A DNA stretch of 63,441 nt, counting the filler, from Octopus bimaculoides (taxonomy: Eukaryota), in NCBI RefSeq assembly GCF_001194135.2. It is 6 parts of 6 records of this genome, joined end to end, with 100 filler letters (N's around TTAATTAATTAA, not from the genome) between each part and the next. Parts side by side here need not be neighbours in the genome. Positions count along the whole stretch, not along the records: positions 25,728 to 44,584 come from NC_068998.1; 5 more parts are not named here. The stretch is one strand, 5' to 3'. The notes under the pieces were generated by a model. It saw only the letters and a program-made list of their open reading frames with translations, was not told where the DNA came from and made no database searches. Position 1 is the stretch's first letter; each line of letters begins with the position of its first letter. Both the position numbers and the translations under genes were made by a program. Positions 27,269 through 39,522 of this stretch are shown one piece after another.

Positions 27269-28953
27269 TACACATGTGTAATGTATGTGTGTGTGTGTAT
27301 ATACATACTCATATTTTGAAACGTAAGGTGTATGTTTTTTTTTATATTTTGTGTATATATATGTGTGTGTGTGTGTGTATGTATAGGCATGTGTGTATAT
27401 GCATAATGTACATATATATATATATATATAATATATATACATACATACATACAAACTTATACATATATATGCTTAAACATGTACACACGTACACACACAT
27501 ATTTGACGGAATTATTAATGGTGACAAAAAATTTTGAGAAATATTCAATTTTAGAAAATGTCAATTTCGCCTAAATGCTGTTACAGGTTTGGTGTTTTTT
27601 TTTTTTAATTTTGCATTTAAAAAAAAAAAGCAACAAAAAACCCAATCTTCAACTTGAACTGCACCAGTCGAAGTTATTTTTTCTTTTTATGTCCAAGAAT
27701 AAAATCCTAGATTTAACTTACCAAACATGAGTGGTCCAAACTGATTCTACTGAACAATTGGAGGAGCAGAATTTGACAGGAAAAGGGAACTTCTGTTATG
27801 TGTTGCATTGGCAGGGTTGTTGGTGTATTGAACCCCAAATGCCTGCTGTATTTTGTTACAGTTCTTTACATTCTGAGTTGAACTCCTGCCAAGGTCAACT
27901 TTGCCTTTCATCCTTCTGCGGGTCGATAAATAAAGTACCAGTGAAATACTGGGGTTGATGTTTTTAATATTCCTTTAAGGCATCCTAGATGTAAATGGAA
28001 TAAAAATAGACTATTTGTGTTTTCATTATAATAATTCTCAGTTCATTGTACCAGGGTACCAATGTTCTATATTGTACAAAAAAGAAAAAAAAAAAAAGAT
28101 CTCTGTTGATACCTGAATTTAAACATCTTGATCATAAAAAAAAAAAACACTCCCAATTGTGAAACTTTGTAATCTTGTTTAGATTTACATTCATAAGATC
28201 TGGAAATTGTTTCTTCTGCAATTCTCTATAGATATGTACGTGTGTGTGTATGTATATACATTCAAGTTTGTGTCCACACACATACACACACACAGAAATA
28301 ACAAATTAAAGAGAAATCTTTTCCCACTCTATATAACATGTAAGCATGCATGTGGCCACTCTCACATGCATTTCTATACATGCATCCAAATTCACTCAAC
28401 TATAGCCAAACTGAATTATCCTGTGATTTTAATTTTCTGCTTGACTAAATAAAATGTGCTTTTAAACAATTGGCAATTCTTGAAATCCTCTCTTCCAGTT
28501 TGTTTTTACTTCAAAAATCCTTTTTGTTTTTCTTTTTTTAATGAAAGAAAAATTAACAAAAACCAAAAAAAAAAAAAAAAGAACTAGGAAATTGTCATTC
28601 TTCTGCAGTAATTCTCCAAGGAATTTAGTGTTTCTTTGTTTGAAATTCTGTCGACCAAACATATTCTTTATTCTGCAGAGTATTTCTGCAAATATGTTTT
28701 AAGAATTATGAGATCAATGTTCTCCCCANNNNNNNNNNNNNNNNNNNNNNNNNNNNNNNNNNNNNNNNNNNNNNNNNNNNNNNNNNNNNNNNNNNNNNNN
28801 NNNNNNNNNNNNNNNNNNNNNNNNNNNNNNNNNNNNNNNNNNNNNNNNNNNNNNNNNNNNNNNNNNNNNNNNNNNNNNNNNNNNNNNNNNNNNNNNNNNN
28901 NNNNNNNNNNNNNNNNNNNNNNNNNNNNNNNNNNNNNNNNNNNNNNNNNNNNN

Positions 28954-29400
28954 CATCATCATTAAATGCCTGCTTTCCATTCTGGTAAGCCAGAGGGCTG
29001 CACTAGGTTCCAGTCTGATTTGACATGGTTTCTACAGCTGGATGTCTTTCCTAATGCCAACCACTCTGAGAGTGTAATGGGTGCATTTTACATGCCACCA
29101 GCACAGGTGCCATTCACACAACACTGGCGATGGCCACGATTACAATTTCATGGGTGCCATTCACACGACACTGGCAACAGCCACGATTATGATTTCACTT
29201 GGTTTGACAAGTCTTCTCAAGCACAGCATATCACCAAATGTCTCAGTCACTTGCCAGCACCTTCATTAGGCTCAATATTCAATGATCATGTTTTACCACC
29301 TCATCCCATGTTTTCTTGGGTCTACCTCTTCCACATGTTCCATCCATAGTTAGTGATAAGCACTTCTTTTATACACAAAACAAAACCTTGGGTAATGTCT
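28954..29400 (-). mobile_element. RTE-tail SINE / RTE 3' end
   Basis: catcatcattaaatgcctgctttccat...ctacagctggatgtctttcctaatgccaaccac. Confidence 0.75.
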
Positions 29401-29659
29401 GAGAGCTGTTTGAGTTGAACAAGACATTGGAAACACAAGACTCATCCATTTGCATTAATTTCACTTAACAATTGCATTGACTTTTCATCATTGAAACAAT
29501 AAATACAATGAATTATTGATTGGATTGACTTTCTTTACTAAACTACAATTGATCTCAAATATAATGCAAACCCTATTTTGCAGAGCTAAGAATCACCTGT
29601 ATACAGTATATCATCTTTTTTTTTATTTATATTTTTTTTTTACTTTTAATAGTGCTAGC

Positions 29660-29822
29660 CCCAAATTACATCAACCCCAGTGTTCAATTGGTATTTATTT
29701 TATCAACTCTGAAAGGGTGAAAGGCAAAATCGACCTCTTTACCTTTCATCCTTTCGGGGTTGATAAAATAAGTACCAGTTGAACACTGGGGTCGTTGTAA
29801 TTGATTCATCCCCATCACCCCC
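29660..29822. mobile_element. SINE fragments (ggcgagctggcag family)
   Basis: gaaagggtgaaaggcaaaatcgacctc abuts ctttcatcctttcggggttgataaaataagtaccag in opposite orientation. Confidence 0.65.
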
Positions 29823-29899
29823 AGACTGCTCTTGTAGCGGTGCACTACAACCCATCAAAGGTGCATGTAGAGTACATCGAATTATGAACAAAAGTCAGG

Positions 29900-30230
29900 A
29901 AAGTGAGCAGTGTATGAGTCATGCTATAGAGGAGGGGGGGGGGATGTCAGGTGTAGTGTTGGCGAATTTCAGGAAGCTTGGAGGTTTTAAAGGATGCAAT
30001 GTCTTGGCAACTAACAACTGATGCAGGAAGTTTGTTCCATGCTTGAGTGTGAAAAAATGTTTCCGAAAGTCATGAGAGCTGACTTTGTAGGCCTGTCCAT
30101 GTGTGTTAGACACATGGAGCTCAAAAAGGTGCTCAAGATGGTTGTTGGCACGATGCACCTGTTACTGAAGTAGTTTCACTGCAATTATTGTAGAGGCTGA
30201 CACATCCTACATGTAGTACACGTTCATTTT
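29900..30230 (-). mobile_element. CR1-like LINE 3' end
   Basis: HGQAYKVSSHDFRKHFFTL followed by frameshifted WNKLPASVVSCQDIASFK. Confidence 0.75.
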
Positions 30231-31640
30231 TTGAAAAATATTCCTTTTCATTTTCTCATTGTCCATATTTGAGAAACAAATGTGTAAGTCAAGCAGAGAC
30301 AGTAATTGCATTTAATTAATCGCATGAAGTGAGGGAATTTAAAAAAAATAAAAATATGTGAAGAAACTTGACTGTTTGTTGTCCAACCACCATCAAGGCT
30401 CAGTCCAAATTATTACTAACAGAGAATGATTATATTTCTTTTCATTTCACTTCAGTCCAGTGATCTATCTATTTGTATATCTCTCTATTTCCATATCTTT
30501 TTGATACATTAGTAGGCTCACCTACCTACCGACTTGCCTGCCTGCCTGCCTAAGTAACTATCATATCTTCTTTCCCTTCTGCTACTGTGTAATATCCCTT
30601 TCGTAAAACTGGTCACCATTTGAACCTAACAACCAAAGAAGAAAACAGAAATTAATAACACCGTTGCCCCAGCATGACCACAGGTTTTGGTCTGGAACTC
30701 ATAAAAAAAAAAGTAAGTTCCACAGCTATTAATTTCACTTTTAATTTAATTATCCATCAATGTCTCTTTAAAAGCATAAATTTATAAATCTCCATCACAT
30801 TGCTTCATCATGTTAAACATTTCAATCGTGCCTGAATTGACATCAGACAAATGCAAAACAATATCTACCTCCCCTTCACTCTCTAATACTATAACCTCAT
30901 CTCTCTCTCTCCCTCTCGTATTTTTTCTTTGATTCAACTATTCCCTTTTCACTCATTTCTTTGTCATTCTCTCTATTTATTTCTTCAAGTTAAAAACTTT
31001 TCTTGATGTAAGTGTAACACATTGAAAAGACCGAAAGAAACAAGAAGGATAATATTATAATAGGACAATGCTTCATGAAAACTATACTACTCTAATATAC
31101 ATGTGTGTGTGTGTGAATACCATTGCCTGTATGACATTTCTTTGTCTTGAAGCACTAAATGACCTTTTATCAGATATCCCTGATATCTTTCATATTGTAA
31201 TCCTAACTCCTCAATATTAATACTGAGATAACACCTTTAATAAGACCAAAGGTGAGGCGTTGCTAGTGAACATTAAAACAATGTGAAGTGGGTGTTAGGT
31301 TTTGGTTGCTTGCTGGCATTTCAGAGCAATATTTCTCCTCTCCCTACAAAGTTTTTGGCTTTATATCAATGTTAGTAATGCATATTCACAGGGTAACCCA
31401 ATCATATGATCCCAATAGTACATCATGTGGAAAGCGTTTGGATCATTTGATTAAATCTCAGAATATTAAAGCCAAAAGTTAATCCCTTTAGGGATTTATG
31501 AAATCAGTTTAACAAACCTGGTGTTTCTTAAACTGATGACTCATAAACTCTTCTTCCATATTCTATGTAAAACCCATTATAGTCTCTTTAACGACTACAG
31601 TCTATAAGCTTATGATGTAACTATCATAGTCTATCAGTCC

Positions 31641-31706
31641 TGCTACCCAGTTCAGCCAGTAACAGTGGACAATCCCATCCACCATTACTGGGTGAACTGG
31701 GTAGTA
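31641..31706 (-). other. isolated hairpin of pre-miRNA size
   Basis: 27-bp arms 31643-31669 / 31678-31704, 24/27 Watson-Crick, 8-nt loop; two mismatches become G-U pairs on the minus strand. Confidence 0.4.
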
Positions 31707-34700
31707 TTTTGTTCTGAAACAACAAAATCAGAATGTTATGGGTCCTTAGTTTGTCCATTTTCAATGTTGACTCAGCTCAATTTGAACTCAGAAATACAAG
31801 GGGCAAAACTAATGGTTACACTACAGTAGAACACTGAAGCTTTTCTGTTTTGTACTTTTATCTGGAGAACATTCGTTGAACTATAAACGATATTTCAAAA
31901 GTTTCCTGTCAAATGGATCCGCATCTTCAGGAATGCAATTGAAGTTGGACAAATATTCACTGTTGTCCCCCTTGCTTGCTCAGCCAGACAGTAATATCAG
32001 TTAATCCCTAATATTTATTTCTAATCATCATATATGATTAGAGTTAGGGTTTTTATAAAATGTAACAAAGTTCAAGAGTAACAGAGAAGAGAATGGTTTT
32101 TCTAAAATTGAAGAAAATTAAATTATTCAGCTAGAAGTTGAAACTAAATCAGCTTCTATGTAACTTGGCACAGAACAAGGCACCCTCAGGCTCTACCTGA
32201 AAGGGAAGGGGCCTACTCCCAACTACCCTTAGAATTTCTCACAGGGCCCTTTTTAGAATCCTGGACCTTGGGATATGTACTGGCTGAATTGGTCTCCCTC
32301 TCACTCTCATTTACTTTGAAATGCATTCAATGGATTACCAAAACAAATATTGCTCTGTCACTAACATAATGTGGTTAATTGAATCCACAATATATATTGT
32401 AGAGAAAAAGAAAATTGGGAAGCTGTGACATTCATTCCCTTTTCTAAGGCATTAACAACCAATGTAGACTGCTTTAATTAAGATTTGAAGTAATTATCTC
32501 TTAAACATCTTTCAAGGAGCAGATTTATTGCTAGATGAGGTTAGCTTCAGGAGTTTTAAATAGCTGTCCATGTTTTCATGTTTAGGTAATTAATTACTAA
32601 ATACAAGTATTAATTTCTAATGACGGGCATTAACCACAAATGTGTTTGCAGAGTATTTGGCTGATCTTTATATTCCCCACTGTTGTCGGGATGGAAAATA
32701 ACATTAATCTCAGCAGGATTTGAAATCAGAACACAGAGAGTTGTTGTTGATTGTTTAAATCATGAAAATATCCTGAGAGTAGTTCTGATCACAGCCAGGT
32801 CAATTTTTCATCCTTTCAGTAAATAAGGAAGCAGTCTTGTACCAGAAGCATTTGATGGATTTGTAATCAGTCACACCAATAAGGTTCCGATTGCTCAGCC
32901 GAATGAATTCATCTTTGTGTGAACTGAATGGCTAAAAAGGGCTTAGAATTTTACACAAACATGTCTACCCTTGACGTAGCTGTCAGGTTGAATCAGCGAA
33001 ACACAGAAAGTGACAAGCCTTGACATTTGAATTACAACACAATTCAGAGAGAGGTGGAGAGAGATAGGAGAGAGAAATGAGGGAGAAGGGAGAGAGAGAG
33101 AGAGATGGAGGGAGAAGGGAGAGAGAGAGAGATGGAGGGAGAGAGAAAGGATCGTTAACAGTAGTTGTTGACTGGATTGGTATTTTATTAAAGAACGACA
33201 GACAAAACTGAACTTGCTGTGATTTGAATCCAACTTCAATCAAATATTTCAACCAATAGTCCAAAGATTCTGCCATTTTTTCTCCTTAGCATAAAGTTTA
33301 TTGGAGACAAATTATACCAGACTAATTTAATAGATGAAATAACCCTAATTAGAAATACTGCATCTGAAGAAGTCAGGTATTTTAACCAGAATCATTTATA
33401 GTTACTTCCCTTAGACCAATAACTCTAAATTTATCTGGTGATAGGAAAATCAATAACCGAGATAGAGATCCTATACTTGATACAATTAGTATTACAAAAC
33501 CAATTATAAATAATTTTGCGATGTGGAAAAGACAAAATTAATTAATTCTTAATATTGTAATTATTCCATGGGTGACAATACTCAAGATATTTTGTCTAAT
33601 TAGATACAAAACTTCTATTGTCTTGGCTGAAGTCGCGATAACACAATCGTTCAGAGTAGAAGGCGAACCCTTTCTTTATCTAAACGCTTATTTTAAAAAT
33701 TTGCTTGGTATAATATTACATTAAATATGTTGATACTCACTTGACAATTGTTTTTCATGTGGATGCCGTCTCTAAATACTTTGTGTAATTTATTTTCTAA
33801 AATGTGTTAATTTCTTACACGAAATATCTTACATTGACTTAAGTTATTCTATCATCATTACTTTGAGAGAGACGGTGCAGCCTGAAGAGGGTTTCAACAT
33901 GTCCATAATTACTGAATTGCATTCGTAATTGAAATATTATTTGTCATTAAGTAATATTGTCTTATAATTGCCATATAATTATTTCTAATGCTCTCATCAT
34001 TAAATATGGTAACACCATTAAATGAGTAAGGCTTGAAGATGTTCTTAAAGAAAATTGGATAAGAATCCATTCTTTAATTAGATCCAATTTATGTTAATTG
34101 TCTGAATTGTCTGCAATTATCTTTGCAGTTACTGCTGCTGCTGCTGCTGTTATTTATCCTGAGGTCAGCCTGACAGAGCATTCGAAAAATCCATTCTCAG
34201 TACAGCCTTTTTAAAGACACTATAGGGTGTTATGTGAAGATTTGACTTATTTCTAAGAGGTCGAGTAACTGTGTAGAACTTCCCTCGTTGGCATATTTGC
34301 ATATTGGGAAGAAAAAGATATCGCCAAGATTAATTACTTAGAGGGGTCATCTGCTTGAAAAGAAGATAGTTAAGTTAGTTTAACATAGTGATTTCCAGTG
34401 GAATCTTTATGCAGTTTTTCAAAAATCACAGAAATGAAACACCACACCTTTAATTTGGTTGAGTCATTAAATAAAAGGAAAATTAGTTTGGAGAAAGAAT
34501 TAATTCACCCCCCCCCCTCCACACACGTACACGTGTTTGCATTCAATTGCAACATCAAGTTTCACCTTCAACTTCTGCATCTTTTATTGGACTGGTTGGA
34601 TCAAGCGTTTCAAGGACAAGAAACTTTATTCAACTTAAAAAATATTCAACCATTAGGAAATACGAGATTGTTGGCTTCTACAAAGTTGCTACATGCACGC

Positions 34701-34817
34701 ATAGATAAAATACCTGCATCCAACCATACATACATACGTACAGCCATGCATACATCCACGTGTACAAGCATCCATGCATAAATACCTGAATGCAGACAGA
34801 CAGGCAGNNNNNNNNNN

Positions 34818-34850
<33 letters not shown>

Positions 34851-35149
34851 CATGCATACATGTATACCTGCATATATGCATTCATACACGCATACATACA
34901 GACATACATGCATGCATATTCGCATTGATACATACATACATACGTACAGCCATGCATACATCCACGTGTACAAGCATCCATGCATAAATACCTGAATGCA
35001 GACAGACAGGCAGGCAGGCAGGCAGAGGTTGGTGACTTCCAGGCTGCGAATACGAGTTGCTAGCTTTCAGGTTTTCTTCTTAACGATGTCTCCGAAAAAA
35101 AGTCTCGTTGTTCGCATTTGCATTTTTTTTTTTCTTCAAAGTCACAGAA

Positions 35150-36110
35150 AAGATTGATGGCATTATTGGTTTAATCGCCGACGGTCGTCCGGCCATGCAA
35201 CAAGTTGTATGTCACCAGTACCAAAGAAGCGCGACCACGTCTACAGTAGGAGAGGGACCTCTGAAGAGTTTGAAGAGAGTTTTGTGGGACGCCTAACGAT
35301 AGAGGCGACGAGATGAAAATCCAGAAAATGGCTGACGATCGACTCACAAAGATCCATAGAATATTACTACCAGACAAGTTCAATCTGTGGCATTTGCAAT
35401 TTGTTCTGTACTCCAGATTGCAGTCTTCTCTGTTGCTGTATGGAGTTACGCGTTGGAAGATAGAGGCCAATGGTCTGAGCCAATGTCGAAATGTCGGAAC
35501 GATGAGGTGCATAAGTCTCCAATCACCTTTGCGACGTCATAGCAACGTACTTAGAGTCCTGGCAGATGCAATGGTGGCGAGGGTAAAGTGAGATCAACAA
35601 CGGTGAAAGACCACAAGTAGTCGAGCAATGAAAGGATAAAGTTTTGTAGGGAAGGTGAACGCTATAAAAAAAGGTCCAAAATGGCAGTGGTGGGGGATGT
35701 GTCTTGGGAGGTCTCTGTTGATCTTGACGGTAAATACCACTGACCAGTTTTCGCCACCAAAAGCCTGACCTTGTTTTGTGGTGCAAGAAAAGGAAAGGGA
35801 TAAAAATGATAAAGTTGACAGTTCACTGCGAAGCGAATATTGACGCTTTCTTCAGGAAATATAGAAAATACAGCGAGTTGGTTGGTATCTGTGACAACAA
35901 CGGATGGTGAGTAACGTGCCTTCCTGAAGAGATCAGTGTTTGAGGATATGTTGGAACCCGGGTTCATTCGATGCTCTGGAGGTTTGGACTAGTTACAAAG
36001 GAAAAAAAAGATGTTGCCAGAAAACTGTCGGAAGCCGTTACATCTGGTTCAAAAGAAAGGAAAGTAGAAACATTTGCCCCAAAGTTGCAACATCTGACTC
36101 TAAAAAGTTC
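35150..36110 (+). mobile_element. HERO-like RLE non-LTR retroelement, internally deleted and decayed
   Basis: TVGEGPLKSL; LTKIHRILLPDKFNLWHLQFVLYSRL; RRHSNVLRVLA; KPDLVLW; KLTVHCEANID...KYSELVGICDNNGW...GYVG...SGSRYIWFKR match HERO ORF hallmarks (KPVKSLGRWY, KLWCLQF, RHNQVL, ELTVPWE, KY, FWLW). Confidence 0.8.
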
Positions 36111-36860
36111 ATGAGGCACGAGAGTATTGTCACCTTCATTGGTAGGTAACCCCCGGCAGCTCTGGTGCCGCGGTGGAAAGGGATTCAGAATTCAGAAACG
36201 TGAATCAGAATTTAAAATTCCACGAGATAAACAGAAGCAACAATTTCTCTACAGATACTACAGGTATGTTTTGAAATTAAAGAAATTTGCCTTAAAGTTT
36301 AATTGTTCGTTAAAAGGGGGTCATTTGGAAAATGGTGAATGCTTAGGTGTAATGTTGTGTACGTGCATTCGTTATCAGAAGTGAATGTTTAATGTATTTG
36401 TCACGGTATTGTCCATGTGTGTGTGTGTGTGTTTTCTGAGCGCATTCTTTATTTCCAGTTCGCTATTGTTCATCAATGAAGAAACATTTCTGTTTCGTGT
36501 TGAGAAAATAAGAAACAAAATTCTTGTTTGGGGATTCCAGGATTTAGAATTGCACAGGGAGCTATTTTAGCAAAACGGTTTATGTTTAAGAGCACATTAA
36601 TCGAAAACAATGTACTATTTTAGATAAAGAAAAAAGCAAACGAATGTTAATGATCAATAATGTCATTGTTAAGGAGTCATCTATTGTCCAGAGGTAAAAT
36701 ATGTTGGAAGTTCTTTAAGAGAAATGAAATAGAAGAGATCTTGGCTTTAAGAGGTACACAGAGCTTAGATGTTGAAAAGGTCGTAAAGATACGGTCATAA
36801 TCTTTTTTTAGGTATTACTAGAACTGTTCTATATTTAAGAGATGAGGAATTATGTACATT

Positions 36861-37489
36861 ATTTGCATTTGACGGATATTTGTCCTCATCTTGTTTGTTG
36901 TTAACACAACGTTTCGGCTGCTATACCGTCCAGCCTTCATAAAAAAATGGAGACCACCTCCCTCTGTGGGATGAAGTTAAAATAATAGAGAGAGAACACC
37001 ACTGGAAAATACGAAAACTAAAAGAAGCAGCACACATGCTAGGACACAACAATCTCCTAAGCAGACCAAGTGCAGACATGTGCAAGGAAGGATGGGAAAA
37101 TATTAGATTTGTAAGCCCTAAAATTCACTCCATAATTGCCTACTAACCCCAAGATTCCGAGTTCGATTCCAGGCAGTGACCTTGTAAAAATTAACACTTC
37201 CTTCTCTAAAAATTCCTGTCAAATGTCAGTTCAAATGACACACATATCTGACATCACTTCTTCAGATGTACCCTGTTTCTATTTCTAGCAACTTATAGCA
37301 GGTTGCAAGAATTACGTGTATGAATCGATTCACTCATTTGCCTTTACTTCAAACGTATCTGTTCACCATGATACACATTTAACCACTACAACCTGAATAA
37401 TAGTAACATTAGGTTTGAAGAGGGGATATCAGCCGGAATGTTGTGTTAACAACAAACAAGATGAGGACAAATATCCATCAAATGTAAAT
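36861..37489. mobile_element. Penelope-like element with inverted terminal repeats and a GIY-YIG C-terminal remnant
   Basis: 60-bp inverted repeat 36861-36920 / 37430-37489; GDHLPLWDEVKIIEREHHWKIRKLKEAAHMLGHNNLLSRPS at ~36948-37075. Confidence 0.8.
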
Positions 37490-38802
37490 AATTACTAGAA
37501 CAGTTAAATATTTTACTATGGTTATAGTATTTTGATTCATAGCGTTAGGACGGTCTTAGCAGCTCCCGGGTCAAGAAAGCAGTGGGTTCCTTCATATACA
37601 ATCGCAACTTTGATACATTAACATTAGACTCCTGGACTTGTATCGCTTTCCCATCTCAATGTGCGCATATCTTAAGATAACACTGTAAAGGATAGGAGAA
37701 CTTTTTGCATGAAGCTAGTTTGAATTCATTATCGCCATAACATTCATACTATACTGACCAAGGAGACAAGATATGTACAACAACTTGTTAATCCCAGGTA
37801 ATCTCAAACTGGGTTATTTCATTGACGATGCCATTTTCGTATTTGCCGATCGTCTGAAACTATTGAAAGTTTGTAGCTTGTCAAAAATAAATCGATATTT
37901 TTGTATAACGATACAATAACTGAAACGATCGAACAGTTATATCGATAAGTTTCAATTCCTTTTGTCTTCATTTACTGACCTTGATTCGCGATTGTCACCG
38001 ATTCTGTTGTTTTAATCCAAATCTTTTAAAAACTAGGAAATCTATGCAGATTGTTTTATTCGGTGATTTTAGTCTCCTGCTTTTAGTGTCGAAACTAATT
38101 TTTTTTTTGGCGTTTTGCTACGTGAAAGATAATACAAATATTCCCTTTTGAACCATTCTTTGAGAAGTTGTTGCCATCGGAATATTATTTTTCTTCTCTT
38201 TTTTCCTTGTCTAAACAAACCAACGAAATGATTTTTTTCCTCGTTGATAAATTGAATTCAATTGTTTGGATCATTTCTTTCAACGTTTCATGAAACTTTG
38301 TCAATGTCTTCGCCCTTTCTTCCCCACTCAACGTTTTATTCATGGGGCGAAACACAATAGAATATGATGTCTGCCCATTTCGATAACAATATACAAAATA
38401 CAATGATTAGAATAATGTGGAAGAAAAAAAAAGAGAAGAAAAATTTTAATTATTTTTGTTGTCTTTTCATGAGATCATCATATGACTTATTAAATTCAGA
38501 GAATGGTGTCCAGAAGTAGACAACCACTTGAAATGTAAGTAATTTACTAAACAATGTCTATTCAAATCACAAGATACTAAACTGGAGTCGTGAAATTAGT
38601 TTGTCAGAACAGACGACGACCTTTGCATTTGATGAAGTTTTCAAGGAGTTTTTTTTCTCTTTGTTTTCTTTCGTAGAGACTTTACTTATGAACCGACAAG
38701 TTCATTAGAGGTTATGAAACTTGAAGTTTCTATTCATTATTATTATTATTATTAATGTTGCTGTTGTTGTTGTTGTTGTTCTTCTTCTTCTTATTATTAT
38801 TT

Positions 38803-39018
38803 AAGGCAGTGAGCTGGCAGAATCGTCAGCACGCCGGATAAAATGCTTAGCGGCATTTCGTCCGTCTTTACAGTCTCAGTTCAAATTCCACCGAGGTCGA
38901 CTTTACCTTTCATCCATCTTTTCGGGGTTGATAAAACAAGTACCAGTTGCACACTGGAGTCGGTGTAATCGACTTACCCCCTCCCCCGAAACTTCAGGCT
39001 TTGTGCCTCTAGTAGAAA
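38803..39018 (+). mobile_element. SINE copy 1 of tandem triplet
   Basis: aaggcagtgagctggcagaatcg...tcaaattccaccgaggtcgac; followed by (TTA)n. Confidence 0.9.
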
Positions 39019-39074
39019 TTATTGTTATTGTTATTATTATTATTATTATTATTATTGTTATTATTATTATTATT

Positions 39075-39290
39075 AAGGCGTTGAGCTGGCAGAACCATTA
39101 GCACGCCGGGCTTAAGGCTTAGCGGTATTTCGTCTGCCGCTACGTTCTGAGTTCAAATTCCGCCGAGTTCGACTTTGTCTTTCCTCCTTACGGGATCGAT
39201 AGGCTAAGTACCTGTCAAATACTGAGGTCGCTGTGATCGATTGTCCCCCTTCCCACAAAAAGTCTACGTCTTGTGCATATAATAGAAAGG
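39075..39290 (+). mobile_element. SINE copy 2 of tandem triplet
   Basis: aaggcgttgagctggcagaacc...gagttcaaattccgccgag; followed by (ATT)n. Confidence 0.9.
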
Positions 39291-39308
39291 ATTATTATTA
39301 TAGATGTT

Positions 39309-39504
39309 AAGGTGGCGACGAGCTGGCAGAAGCGTTAGCACGCCGGGCGAAATGCTTAACGGTATTTCGGCCGTCGCTACGTTCTGAGTTCAAATTCCGC
39401 CGAGGTCGACTTTGCCTTTCATCCTCTCGGGGTCAATAAATTAAGTACCAGTGAAACACTGGGATCGTTGTAATCGATTATTTCCCTCCCCCAAAATTTC
39501 AGGC
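39309..39504 (+). mobile_element. SINE copy 3 of tandem triplet
   Basis: aaggtggcgacgagctggcagaagcgttagcacgccgggcgaaatgc...; followed by (TTA)n. Confidence 0.9.
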
Positions 39505-39522
39505 ATTTTATTATTATTATTA

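Noticed and set aside
33290-33376. 87-nt exon-like segment encoding IKFIGDKLYQTNLIDEITLIRNTASEEV
   Set aside because: Weak donor (GTATTT) and no supporting homology or neighbouring exons
34720-35010. Exact ~85-bp direct repeat on both sides of a 10-N gap
   Set aside because: Identical copies flanking a minimal gap are most simply an unmerged contig overlap
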